NCBI RefSeq assembly: GCF_001194135.2
Contig: NC_068984.1
Location: 55,315,819-55,379,818 of the forward strand
Direction: 5' to 3'
Origin: Octopus bimaculoides
Lineage: Eukaryota
Length of the DNA stretch: 64,000 nucleotides
Below the pieces are notes generated by a model. It was not told the DNA's origin, did no database searches, and worked only from the letters and a program-made list of their open reading frames with translations. Of this stretch, positions 1-11,929 are shown in pieces. Within the stretch, counting starts at the first letter, position 1, and each line of letters opens with the position of its first letter. The position numbers and the translations under genes were made by a program.

Positions 1-1036
1 ATTTGATGTCTTTATGGCAATTTTGAATTTAATATTATCTGATGGAAGTCAGGTATCTAAGAGGTTATTGTTTAACGTATCAATAAGTATTTGTGTGGGG
101 AAAATCTCCGCGATAATCACAGATGTCAAACCATCTGGTACTGAAGTTTGACAATAGCAAAAAATGAGGTGCTTGAACAAACGAATAATACAATGAAGCA
201 GTAAGAAAATTATGCACGTTATTTATATGTAACAAAAGTATACGTATATATATGTGCGTGAATGTATGTGTGTGTTTACGTATCTGTGTATGTGCGTGTG
301 TGTGTATGTGTGTGTGTGTGTGTGTGAGTGCATGTATATCTGTTCGTCGTTATGTGTTAGTGTACGTGCACATTAAATGAAGATTAAATCAAAGCTCTGA
401 ACAAGTGTAATACACCCACACGCATACGAAATGTGATGTCAAAATTGCTTGTACTGAATGCCCGCTGTAGCGACAGCCTTTCATGTCAAGTATCGATGCA
501 CTACGTTAGAAGTGAGCTGGTCCATTTTTATTTTTATTTTGTTCCGAGATATAGAATTTGGAGTAGAGGTCCGAATCAACTATTATTCAATGTCTTTCTT
601 TATGTTCATTAGCTATCCTAATGCTTCTTTGTTTCATTTTTTTCGTACAAGCAAACCTGTGCAAGATAGTTACTGTTCCCTTTCCTCTGCTGCGTATGCT
701 GCTGTAATGTAATGATATGTATTTCAATAAAGACAATTATCAACATTTCCGTGTTGGGAATATAGTTTGTCCACATTTCAATTGATATTGAAATTTCCAG
801 TAATATTGAGTAGGTTGCAAATTAGTATGTCCATCTCGTTAAGCGTTGCAGTGACTGGTTTAGAAGGCCAAATGTTGGCGCAAATAAACCTAGACAGTAT
901 ACAACAGGTGTAAACGATCGTTTCCCTGTTTCGCAAGACGAACGAATCTGTGTTAACATTTATACAGAGAGAAGTAGGAGAGGCGAATGTACTGAAAAAA
1001 AAAAGAATTAATACATATAATACATACATATAATAC

Positions 1037-1200
1037 GGAAAGCTGGAAGAATCGTCAGCACGCCGGGCAAAATGCCTAGCGGCATTTCGTCCATCAGTTC
1101 GTTCAGAGTCGACTTTGCTATTTCTCTCAGCGTCGATAAAATAATTATCAGTTGAGTTCTGGATTTGATGTTATTGATTTATGTGAAATTGCTGGCTTTG
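1037..1200 (+). mobile_element. tRNA-derived SINE, family A, degenerate and internally deleted
   Basis: Shares agctggaagaatcgtcagcacgccgggcaaaatgcctagcggcatttcg...gtcgactttgc...gtcgataaaataa with the other family A copies in the window. Confidence 0.7.
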
Positions 1201-1228
1201 TGCCAAAATTTAAAACAAGTATTTTCAA

Positions 1229-1445
1229 GATGTCGAGCTGACAGAATCGTTAACACGTCGGGAAAAATTGTTAGCAACAATTTGTCTCTCTGTACGTTCT
1301 GAGTTCAAATGCCAACGAGGTTGACTTGGCCTTTCATTCTCACAGTGTCGATAAAAGAAATACCAGTTGAGTATTAGAGTCGATGTAATCGACTTGCTCC
1401 CTCTCAGAAGTTGCTGGCCTTGTGCCAAAGATTGAAAGCAATATT
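1229..1445 (+). mobile_element. tRNA-derived SINE, family A (octopus-type; central part resembles the Meta domain of MetaSINEs)
   Basis: A-box-like ctgacagaatcgtt, B-box gagttcaaatgcc, central gttgacttggcctttcattc...gtcgataaaagaaataccag, tail ggccttgtgccaaagattgaaagcaatatt. In tandem with the preceding copy. Confidence 0.8.
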
Positions 1446-1699
1446 TCATAAATATAATGATAAGAATTAATATTTCATAGATACAATGATCAAAAAGATC
1501 TCGAACAAAGCTATTTTGAGCTGCCCATTTATCTCATTTTTGCCAGTATCTTCTTCATCATTCTTCATTTGATTACCTGCAAACACGTCTATTTCAACAG
1601 ATGCAAGTGTTTCCGACAACATTTTAGTACGAAGAGACTAGACTTATCTTGTGGCAGCATCGGAAAGAAGGTTGTTTTTAAACGGTTTAATATTTATAC

Positions 1700-2010
1700 T
1701 GGGTATGTGTGTATATGCATGTATATGTGCATGTATGTATGCATACATATGTATAAAGATACATATACACATACATATATATATGTATATATACATATAT
1801 GTGTGTATGTGTGTGTATATGTGTGTATGTATGTATCTGTATGTATACACATTTGTATGGATATATATATATATATATATCCATTTTATTCCGGGCATAC
1901 ATGTATATAAGCGTGTGTGTATATATACATACACATACATATATACATATATCTATTTGTGTGTGATTTTGTGCGTGTGTGGGTATGTGTGTGCGTATAT
2001 GTATAGATAA
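1700..2010. repeat. Compound (TA)/(TG)/(TATG) microsatellite
   Basis: Directly visible; source of the spurious YIYI/CVCV ORFs. Confidence 0.95.
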
Positions 2011-2269
2011 ACAAAGAAAGGAATGAAGGTGACAGGGTTACATTTATCAGTCAGCTACGATCGTTTCGAGATTTAGCGGAATATACATATCAATTAACTT
2101 GCTGGGTTATACAAATAAAAACGTATGTAAAACTATTAGATGCTAAATGAAAGTACTACTAATTATCTCTTCACACTGTCTTTAAAGCTAATATTGGTTT
2201 ACATAACAGAATTTTTCAAAAGAAATATAATGAGTACTACTGAGGATCTGGATATACTAAACCCTACCC

Positions 2270-2445
2270 TCTCACTGCTCCATTTAATTTTCTCTGTTTT
2301 TTTTTGGGGGGGGGGGGTTTACCTCTCAATCCTTTCTGTCGAAGAGCGTAGGCTCGAAACGTCAAAAACTGTTCTACCTTCCCGCTTGTTGTTCCTTCAC
2401 CTGTATTCGTCTTTTGTTTTCTGTAAATTTGGCACACTGTTGGGC
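2270..2445 (+). mobile_element. Penelope-like element terminal (pLTR-like) fragment with degenerate minimal hammerhead motif
   Basis: ttt-CTGTCGA-A-GAGC-gtag-GCTC-GAAA-C-GTC-aaa at 2333-2366, followed by a pyrimidine-rich tail. Layout matches PLE-type hammerheads. Confidence 0.5.
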
Positions 2446-2649
2446 TAAACCACAAATACATACATCTTTACAAATCAGAATATCTAATAAAAATGAAAAA
2501 AGTATGTTATTGTTATATAATATATAAATGTATGAAGAAAATTCGCTAACTCCGTTGATACATATCGTGCACATTAAAGTATATCTCTGTAAATAAGCAT
2601 TAGAAAGATTTATATGCACAGGTATCAATATGTGGACAAGAATCTTGCT

Positions 2650-3010
2650 TTGCAGCCTCGCGGTTAACTGTTGCGTCCCACCGCGCAACATCTCTTGCAG
2701 CTGTCTCTCGCATAGTGCCGTACGGATCCATGGCTTATGAGTAAATTTTGTGGACGGAATCTGAGCGGAAGCCTGGCGTATATGTATATGTGTGTGTATC
2801 TGTGTGCGTCTTTGCTTTTATGTTTGTCTTGCCCTAGTGGGGGACAACTGGTGCTGATTTTATTTGCGTAACTTAACAGTTCGACAAAAGGGGCCAGAGA
2901 ATGAGGGATAGACTTCGAAAATAATTACTGTGGTTGTTTTCATCGATGAAACACTTCAAGGTTGTGCTCCACTGTGGCTGCTGTCTAACTGAAATAAATG
3001 AGAATGAAAA
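2650..3010 (+). mobile_element. tRNA-derived SINE, family B (CORE-like), degenerate
   Basis: Similar to 11167-11475 and 62820-63178: gagtaaattttgtggacggaatctgagcggaagcc, internal (TG) tract, tail cttcaaggttgtgctccactgtggctgctgtctaactgaaataa. Confidence 0.65.
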
Positions 3011-4441
3011 CATATAAGTTAGCTGTTATGTTTTCCGTGCAGAAAATATGCTCAAAAATCGAAATATCCAAAAATTAACAAGTCCAAATACTGAGTCAAA
3101 TGTCATGTTTTGAAGTATTTCATGCATCCGAATAGATGTGATGGCAGTGGAACATCGTGTAAAGCGAAACAACTTGCTGATACTATCCGACGGTCGTAAA
3201 TCTTTACTGAAGCGTAAATACTTTTCGGTGACGCCGTGGAATTTGAACTTGCAATGCAGATAACTAGAACAGATGCACCAACCAAAACTAGCATCTTTGA
3301 AATAGCGTCATATTACTTCAGTATTTCAGTAAAAGCATCACCTCCATGCTCTAACTAACCACTTAAGCCTATCATATTTTATCGAACTTTTTGTCGAACA
3401 CGAAGGAATGAATGCGAGGCAAAATGGATCTCAGTGGGATATGAACTCAGATCACAGGGAATCGGAAGAAACATTGTAAGACATTATATACTCTAACGAG
3501 TCCTCCCACTAACTACCTAATAGGGAAACTAGAAATACAAAATATAAACAAAATCTGCGGATTATCTATTGTTATCTAGTAAAGCTTCTTTGAAATAGTG
3601 ATATATTACTTCAGTATTTCAATAAAACTGTTGGAATAATCACAGTTTTCATTCAAAACAGCGCCTTGGACGATAAAAAGTTAATTACAATGGTAGCAAG
3701 CTAGCGTCTTTTATAAACCTCCGAGAGACTGAAATAGATACAGAGAGAGGGGAAAAGAGGAAAGGGAGAGGAAGATGATCGAAGAAAATGGCGGAAAAGG
3801 AAACAACGAGTAAGAAAAGACGGAAAATGAGAGAAACATTCTAACTTCAAAGAATTATAGATTTTGTAGATAGAATATGAACTACAAAAACAGAAATTCA
3901 AATATATATTTATCATTATATTTAATTTTCTATTCGTGAACAGACACAGCAAATTCGAAGCTAGATATATTATGTGAACCTCAGTATAAAATGTTTTCTG
4001 CTCATTCGTTTGGTTATTCAATCATATCTAAATTGAAGACTTCTTCGTTCCAGTGAGTCAATTGCACTTTCAAAGAAAACTTCCGAATGCATAATACCAC
4101 CAATCATCAAATAGTTTATGTATATTCAACTAAAATCTGATTAAATAGTTGTCTATATAAAACTTATGCCAAAAACTAATATTATTGATGTAAAGACACG
4201 TGACTATTGAAAAAGCGTCTTGTTGCCATATAACATAGACTTGAATGTAAGAATGATAATTATCACCATTATATTTTGGACTATCATCACAATACGCACA
4301 AAGAAAGAAACGTTATATATAACAGACAATGTCCTCTTTCCTCACTCTCTATATGCACACACAAAACACACACTGAGATATACGTCAATATATATGTGCA
4401 TATATGCATGCATATGTGTAGTGCGTGTGTTTGCGTGTGTG

Positions 4442-4472
4442 TATAGATAGATAGATATATATAGAGAGAGAG

Positions 4473-4513
<41 letters not shown>

Positions 4514-4514
4514 T

Positions 4515-4568
<54 letters not shown>

Positions 4569-4575
4569 GTAGATA
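4442..4575. repeat. (GATA)n/(GA)n microsatellite
   Basis: Directly visible tandem gata units. Confidence 0.97.
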
Positions 4576-5247
4576 TAGTGCGTATGTGTATGTTTGTTTA
4601 TGTGTGCACATGCGTGTAAAATATATCGCTGTCAAAATTATAGCACTTTAATATATCTATAGACAAGCAACTGGATGGTTAAAAACTGTTGGTGAAAGTA
4701 TACATTCAGCTTGCATCCCATTAAACGTGTTTGTTCTTTTCTCTAGAAGAGCATCAAAATGGGTCTCCTCGAATATTTCACTACCTTTTACGCAGATTTT
4801 TTTTTCTTTATCCCATTCGAGCAACTGCAGAGTACATACTGTAACAGTATCACTTATATGTGAAATCTAGATATTTCATTACCCAACATATTTATACCAC
4901 TTCACATTTGTTCGAATAGAACGTTTGTCATCAGCAAAGTGGTACTGTGCGAATGTGACCTCTTTGCCTCCGAACCACATCACCATATAAACGGACACGC
5001 TAACGTCACTTTAGCATGTACATCGGCTGGTTATGTAATAAGGTCGGATAGTAATATGTTTGATATATTTAAAGTTGACTTTTATAACCAAAAGTTCTGT
5101 AGGATCGTTAATGTAAGGTCATGTTATGTGATGTATCTAATAGGAAGCAATCCTCAACGCAATAAACTCACCAACCACTCGTCAATGTTACCCTGTTCTA
5201 AGGAAACCAATAGTAAACTTTAGTCAATGGTGTATATACTTAAAGAA

Positions 5248-5351
5248 GGTAGCAGGCTGACAGAATCGTTACCGTGCCAGGAAAAGTACCTAACGGCATT
5301 TCTTCCGAATTTACGTTCTGTGTTCAAATGTCTCCGAGGTCGAGTTTGCTG
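5248..5351 (+). mobile_element. SINE family A 5' half, truncated where the hammerhead element starts
   Basis: ggctgacagaatcgttaccgtgccaggaaaag...ttacgttctgtgttcaaatgtctccgaggtcgagtttgct, after which similarity stops abruptly. Confidence 0.75.
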
Positions 5352-5753
5352 CTCTATCTCGTCTTGAGATTTTATAACTAGCTACTTTGCTTGTTGCAAA
5401 TTAGTGACTGGTGGTCACATTGTTTACAATATGTTGCTAGCAGAAGCGGATCTTAGCTATGGATCCAGTGCACAGGTGCGCGTGGCTGACGAAGAGCCAA
5501 CTACCTCGAAACTGGGCAAGTCCCGCGTTCCTTTTAGCTAATGGAGTGTTAGTAGAGATTCGCTCCCCCTGCTAGCAATGTATTGTATATAAAGGCTGCA
5601 AATCGGGTATAGAAAACCAGCTGGCGGAGAATTTGTGTGGATTTAAACAATTAGTAACATTCACCTGCTACTTCGACGTGACAACTTGTTTACGTTTTCA
5701 CATGTATTACTACTCTATCTTATCTCGAGATCTTATAACAAGCTGCTTTGCTT
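5352..5753 (+). mobile_element. ~361-bp terminally redundant, hammerhead-containing element (retrozyme-like or Penelope pseudo-LTR unit)
   Basis: 41-bp direct repeats at 5352-5392 and 5713-5753 (35/41 identical, period 361), internal long inverted repeat and hammerhead core. Ends directly in (TA)n and a gap. Confidence 0.65.
5480..5528 (+). ncRNA. Type I hammerhead ribozyme
   Basis: Stem I GCGTGG(5480-5485)/CCGCGT(5523-5528); core CTGACGA 5486-5492 plus an extra A; stem II GAG/CTC with 8-nt loop; GAAA 5508-5511; stem III ACT/AGT with GGGCA loop; GTC cleavage triplet ending at 5522. Confidence 0.8.
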
Positions 5754-5810
5754 ATATATANNNNNNNNNNNNNNNNNNNNNNNNNNNNNNNNNNNNNNNN
5801 NNNNNNNNNN

Positions 5811-5850
<40 letters not shown>

Positions 5851-7334
5851 CTAAGGATAAAATCATTGTAAAATATTGTCAAGTGACCAGCATTAATAAA
5901 AACCATATAGGCAACAATTAATACTAATATATAATTACATATATAATTATAGTAAAGGGTGCAGATAAGTAACACCAACATGCTAGAGATAGACGCCAAA
6001 TAACTCTAAAAACCACAATCTATACTCCGTTAGCACAGGTTGAAAGCGAGAAAACGAATGGAAAAGGTTATTTTCAAAAAAGAGAAAATTATAGGTCGAT
6101 TTCCAGCTTAGAGATATGAAATCCCTTTGCCGTCTTCAGTATAATATGCCACATAGTATATAAACACTAATATTTAATATATACCCATACGAATAATACA
6201 TTTGATATCTAATCTTCTTTGATCAAGTTCACTCTGCTTTCCTAAACTTTTTGTAAACAAAATAACGTTTTCTGTCTTGATAATGAAATATAGAATGAAA
6301 ACATAAGCTTCTTTAGATACATTTAATACTAATTAACATAAACGTTTGCGAATAAACTAAATCAGACAAAATCAGACAAAATTTGCATTGTTTCGAAGTA
6401 GGTAGATAATTGTATCTGTCAGGGCTTTTTAAGGTAGAATATAGTAACTATATTATTTCCAATGTTAATATTTTCTGATACAATATTCTAACCTTCGCAT
6501 TTTATTTACAATGCACCGAAACTGAAAATAGCAATAATGCTATTTACTGTCCAGTTCTATGACATGCTGATGGTTATTTATATCCAAAAAGAAGAAAGTT
6601 TAAAACATATATTCGTCCATTTATTTTTATTCTCTTTTCTACTTACTTTTCCCAAGCCATAATCTATCGGTCACTGTAATGGCCTGTTCATATATATTCA
6701 TATATTCATATGCTTCCATAGACTACAGAATGTAAACTTCAATGTACATCAGATTTCTTTCTAGTGATATATTCACAAAACAATTCTACACTGAAGCTTA
6801 AAACAGATCGGTTAATAAAATCTATATAGGAAGATTTTAATACATAATCAGTAGTAGGGGTAGTAATAGTAGTAGCAGCAGCAGTGGCGGCGGCGGCGGT
6901 GGTGGTTCTTAATATACAAACAAGAAACCTACAATGAGTTGACAGATTTAGATAAGGGAGGAAAAAAGAAATATTTCAAAAAAATAATTAGAGTAAAGTA
7001 GATGCAAAAATTTTATTGAAGAATAATGTAAAGAACATCCAGTCCATTGCCAATATCCTGCAAAATCCAGTTAATGAATGAACCAGGGGAAAAGCCAAGA
7101 ATGCTGTAAATATTCTGGGCTAAAAGGAGAAATAGGTGGTATAAACTGTACCAGACACTACAATGGCTAACATTTCCAGAAATTGGATGCCCCATATATA
7201 ATTAAATATTATGTCTGTACTGGATACAAACTTCCGGCTTGAATAGGATCGATAAACCAGTCATTATAATAAGACATATCAAAAGGAATATTTACAGCTC
7301 TTACAATCTAGATAGCAAGTTTAGTTATCCTTAG

Positions 7335-7515
7335 ACAATGATTTCAAATTTTGGTATGAGGTCAGCAATTTCGGAGGAGGGGTTAAGTTGATTACATCGA
7401 AAAGCTGAAAAGCTGACTCAACCCCAGCGTCATATAAACTCAGATTGTAATGTCGGAAGAAATACCGCTTTGCATTTTGTACGGAGTGGTAACGATTCTG
7501 CCAGACAATACCGCC
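7335..7515 (-). mobile_element. SINE family A
   Basis: Reverse strand reads ggcggtattgtctggcagaatcgttaccac...gatgtaatcaacttaacccctcctccgaaattgctgacctcataccaaaatttgaaatc. Confidence 0.7.
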
Positions 7516-8379
7516 AGAATGAGGGTGTGACGGACTAACTCCGATAGAATATATTTGGGGACACAATAACCTGTCTCTATAGCTTATCCTCCAAATTAAA
7601 ACTACTGCAATCAAAATATAACTTGTATCTTTTTGAATCATATCACTGAAGATATCATTGCAAAAATAGTATGAAAGCTTAGCATGCGGACTGATATAAT
7701 ACAGTGTAATGAACCTAACATACCCCTCATTATCAAATGACAATCCCATATAATTTATAGATATAACAATAACAAATGTCAATAATATTACGCAGAATGA
7801 AGCTAAAAAGCAGAGGAATACATTCAAAAAGTGGCATCTAAAGAATACCAATTGTAACTGAAATAACTCGAATGATAGAAAAACTGTTCCTGTAACTACA
7901 GAATCATATTTTCTCTAAGAGTAGATACAAGCAATTTATAGAAAATAGCAATTCAGGCATCTCTAAATAGTGTTAGGTTATCTTCACTTGTTACTTATTT
8001 AACCTGGTGTATTTTGGTTAAACGAAAATCCCCGTTAACCTTTTAAATCCTTGTTGACATTTGGCATAATTTTCGAAAAAGTTTCTTCTTAAATTCATAC
8101 ATTCATGTTCATCTTGAACTTTCAAGGATGTTAACTATTTAACCTTCGACGTGTCTGTGCATGTTCTCAAAAATAAACATCATTCTTATTCTAAGAAAGG
8201 AAAATGTTAAAGCATTTGTTGAACGACCAACGATTATTGTCGTTGTTGTTTTCGTTGACATCGTTTCAACAGGCAAATTATTTATGCAAAGAGAACAGTC
8301 ACAAGATGAATAACAGTCCATTAGATATTTTTTCATTCCTTATGTTTCAAAATCTTTTTTTAGTTCTTTGATGCCGTGC

Positions 8380-9400
8380 ACCATTCACGGTTATAGTCGT
8401 TCTGTTTTAATATTCATTCCCCTAAATATTTTCCTCAGTTTGATTTCTGTCATACATTTTTGCTCAGTTTGATAAACCATAGCGCTGTATCTCATCATCT
8501 AAAGAAACAAAGAGGCCATAGCTTACTTGTTTCTTCTAGCATTCTAAAGATATTCTTTAACAAACGCCCTTTTCCTTTGATTTTTACCTAATCCGATTTG
8601 CTTCTAATATGCCTAAGTATTTGTAACCACTAATTATTTGTATTGTTTACGTATTTGAATGTCTTTCATCATTTGCCCTCCTAGTATCACTATCCCATCA
8701 AATGACACACTTTTTCTCTTCATAAAATTATTCCACACCTCTTAATCTCGAACTACATCCCTATATCTTTACTGGATATATGAACACTGTTACCAATGCG
8801 CCTATTTGATCTGTATTGAGGTCATATAAATAAATGATTCTGAGGCGTTCTCTTACACTTTGTTATAACCAATACCTGTTTATCTAAAGCCAGCATTCAA
8901 TGCATATTGGACTCAACGAAAAATAGCTATGATTAATTGTTATCTTAAATGATTCCTCCTTTGTTATTTCAATCTACCTCAGTGACATTCTTGACAGCGT
9001 AGATGGATTTTTACTTGGTTTCTGTCATACTTAATTTCTGCATGGAATTATATATGTGGATGCAGAGGTAATATATTAACTATCTTCCTTTGCCACCTTT
9101 GTCCATCTTCAACTGTTCTGCAACAAAGTAAGACGATGGAGTAATGCTGCTGATTGTTACAGAGATGATGAGATTGGATAACTGCTCTTTGACTCCTGCT
9201 GTTGAATACGAGGCGATATATTTTCTATTATCTTCTCAATTTCTTTTGGATATACAATAGATAGTGTCCTGAGACATTTATATTCTGAGACCTGCTCTTG
9301 TATCTTTTCAGAAGTCCTATAATTGCTCTTCTACCACACGCGTAAGTGGTGTGCTTTTTGTTCTACAATGCCACCTGATATCCTTAATGTTTTTCTATCA
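8380..9400 (-). mobile_element. Heavily decayed R4/Dong-type (RLE) non-LTR retrotransposon, RT region
   Basis: Minus-strand frameshifted translation near 8560-8850 gives approximately DIGM*FEIKRCGII...GIVILGGQMMKDI...GYKYLGILEANRI, matching the family motifs seen at 12522-13073 and 41700-41900. Boundaries are approximate. Confidence 0.65.
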
Positions 9401-10956
9401 GAATTCAGAATATAGCTTTGGAGTTACTATGTTGTATTCGAGGCCCAACAGAACTTGTATTGCCTGTGAAGGCCCCACCCTACTACATTTCATTTCGTAT
9501 CACCTCGAAACTCGATGGCAGCTTGTTTTCTTCTGTAGATGTGACAATTAACCAACCAATAACCAATGGGTTATATGATCGTCTTATGTACTGTTCAATT
9601 AGATGAAACACCAATTTAGAGCATGACAGCGCACTAGAGACGTACTGGATCTATTTGCTTTATTTTGGCCTTATCCTAAGTATTGAAAACGAAGCACGCA
9701 CTTTCATAGCACTAACCGTATCAGCAGAACGTACATTATGCAACCCAGTGTCACACGCCTTACCACACAACGTGCAGCTACCCTTTTCAGAGCATACAGA
9801 AAGCTTTTCGTGAAGAAGTAGATTACCTTTCTCTTTGCTTGATTTTAATTACGTTTTTAAGACTAGAAAACGCACATTGCTGTGATGTACCGCTACCATA
9901 TCATTGCTTGACTAGAATCGACACGAGTGTTTTAGTATTCCTTAGTTTGTAATACTTACAAAGTAGTCTTTGTTACTACCTCTGTTAAAAATTGTACAAG
10001 TGTTTGCTGTTGTTGTTTGTGTTGTTGTCGTTGTTGCTGCTGTTGTTTGAATATTTTGTTTATACCGTGCATACTTACTTTTCTTCTGTGAAATTGCAAC
10101 TGTCTGTGTTTATAGCTCTTTGTTCTATTGCTATTATTTTCTTTTTATACATTTTAAAATTCCGTTTATTTGTTGTTACTTTTCATTTATGTATTCGAAA
10201 ATTGTTTTAAGATTTTGTAGAAATTTATCGTATCTAGTATTCCTTTGTTTCGAACATCTTTTCTTACTGCTCCAGAAGGAGAAAATAAGTTTTTGAAAGA
10301 ATATAAATTTAAGAAAACGTATCGAGAAAAATAAAGTATCACTTAAAGCCGAGGCCGTTTGTTTATCCTACATAATTACGCGTTATCTCGTTTTCAGAAT
10401 AATGTAACAAAAAATTCATCTAGTGAACTTGGTAATAATCCAAATATCCTGGAGTAGTTAGAAAAATACGTCTATTCATACAACGGAAACAACAACCATA
10501 ACAACCACAACAACATCATTAATAATAAATTTTATGTATTTCCCACTAATTTCTATTCATTCGGTAAAATAAATGAATAATAAAGTTATTAGAAAAACGT
10601 GTAGGAATGCAGAAAACATTATACTGATAAAAAAATTAGAAAAGACAAACTACGCACAATAATTAAACTAAAAATTAAATACGTTTGTAAAATATAAGCA
10701 CAATTTAAAAGAATATAATTGAAAAAAAATGATGATAATGTTCTTTCCTCAATAGTTACCGATAATAATTCTAACAATAATAAATTATAACATTAAAGTA
10801 AAAAAATGATATAATGTTCATGCAAAAGCATAACATTACCTCTTACCTAACTTGAATTCGATAACATGGGATTCCTGATACGCTTCATATTATTATACCC
10901 TAAGGGGTCCCCGGTGAACTCTGGTGTCGTGTCGGAGCAGAAATGTTCCGCATCCA

Positions 10957-11166
10957 GCGATGAGCTGGCAGAACCATCAACACGCCGGGCGAAATGCTTA
11001 GCAGTATTTCATCTGTGTGTATGTTTTGAGTTCAAATTCGATCGAGATCGACTTTGCCTTTCATTCTTTCGCGATTCAAAAGATTAAATGCCAGTGAAAT
11101 ATTGGGGTCAACTAGATCCCACCACCCATAATTTCAGGCCTTGTGCATTTAGTAAAAAGAATTATT
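10957..11166 (+). mobile_element. SINE family A
   Basis: gcgatgagctggcagaaccatcaacacgccgggcgaaatgcttagc...gagttcaaattcg...gactttgcctttcattc...aatttcaggccttgtgcatttagtaaaaagaattatt. Confidence 0.85.
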
Positions 11167-11475
11167 AGTAGGCCCGCTGAGTAGTAAAAGACTTGCTTCC
11201 CAACCACTTGGCTCCAGGTTCAGTTTTACTGCGTAGCACATTAGGCGAGTGTTTTCTACTATAGACTCGGGCTGACCAAACATTGTGAGTGGATTTGGTA
11301 GACGAAATATATATACGAGTTTGTGCCTTTGTGTCTGTGTTTGTCCCCCATAACATCAGTGCTTCGGCAAAACAGACCGATAGAATAAGTACTAGGCTTT
11401 AAAAAATAAGTCCTGGAGTCGATTAGTTCGGCTAAAACCATTCGAGGTGGTGTTCCAGCAGAGTTGCTGTCAAAT
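11167..11475 (+). mobile_element. SINE family B (CORE-like)
   Basis: tRNA-like head gctgagtagtaaaagacttgcttcccaaccac...ggttcag; CORE-like actgcgtagcacattaggcgagtgttttctactatag; then gtgagtggatttggtagacg and tail ccgatagaataagtactagg...ggtggtgttccagc. Confidence 0.8.
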
Positions 11476-11482
11476 AATAATA

Positions 11483-11853
11483 AATGTCCCGATGCAGTAC
11501 CAGTCAATAGCTCTCATAGCTTCTGATCTTAATTGATCGGAGGTGTTATCATGTACATGTTTGATCTTGGTATAAAAGACGGGCTACAGTAAATATTCTG
11601 CTCAATACCACATATTTAACTTGTCAGTCACTTGACCTTAACGAGCTGAGCATGTCTCGTGTTAGTTGACGATATGTGCATATCTGATTACGAGCAAGAC
11701 TACTGGTGAAGCATCGTAGCCATGTGTTGAGAGGAATTCTTTGGGGTTTGAAAAATTCACCTCCGCAAACATGGATGTTTCGTTCAACATCCTCAAACAG
11801 CCCTCATTCAGAGACCTTTGGAGCGGGATAGGCTACTCAACCTGAAGGAAACC
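11483..11853. mobile_element. Partial copy of a ~570-bp non-coding (TAA)-associated interspersed repeat
   Basis: Colinear similarity to 39929-40310 (aatgtcccgatgcagtacc..., agccatgtgttgagagg...ctttggggtttg...aattcacc). Begins right after aataataataa. Confidence 0.85.
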
Positions 11854-11929
11854 ACCGTGACGACCGAACTCGAATGCTACCACTTATTATTATTATTCAT
11901 TCGTAACACAGTATAGGTAAAAATGCACC

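Noticed and set aside
7321-7851. 176-aa minus-strand ORF
   Set aside because: Its 3' half is a family A SINE, it has low-information composition, and no family motif is recognisable.
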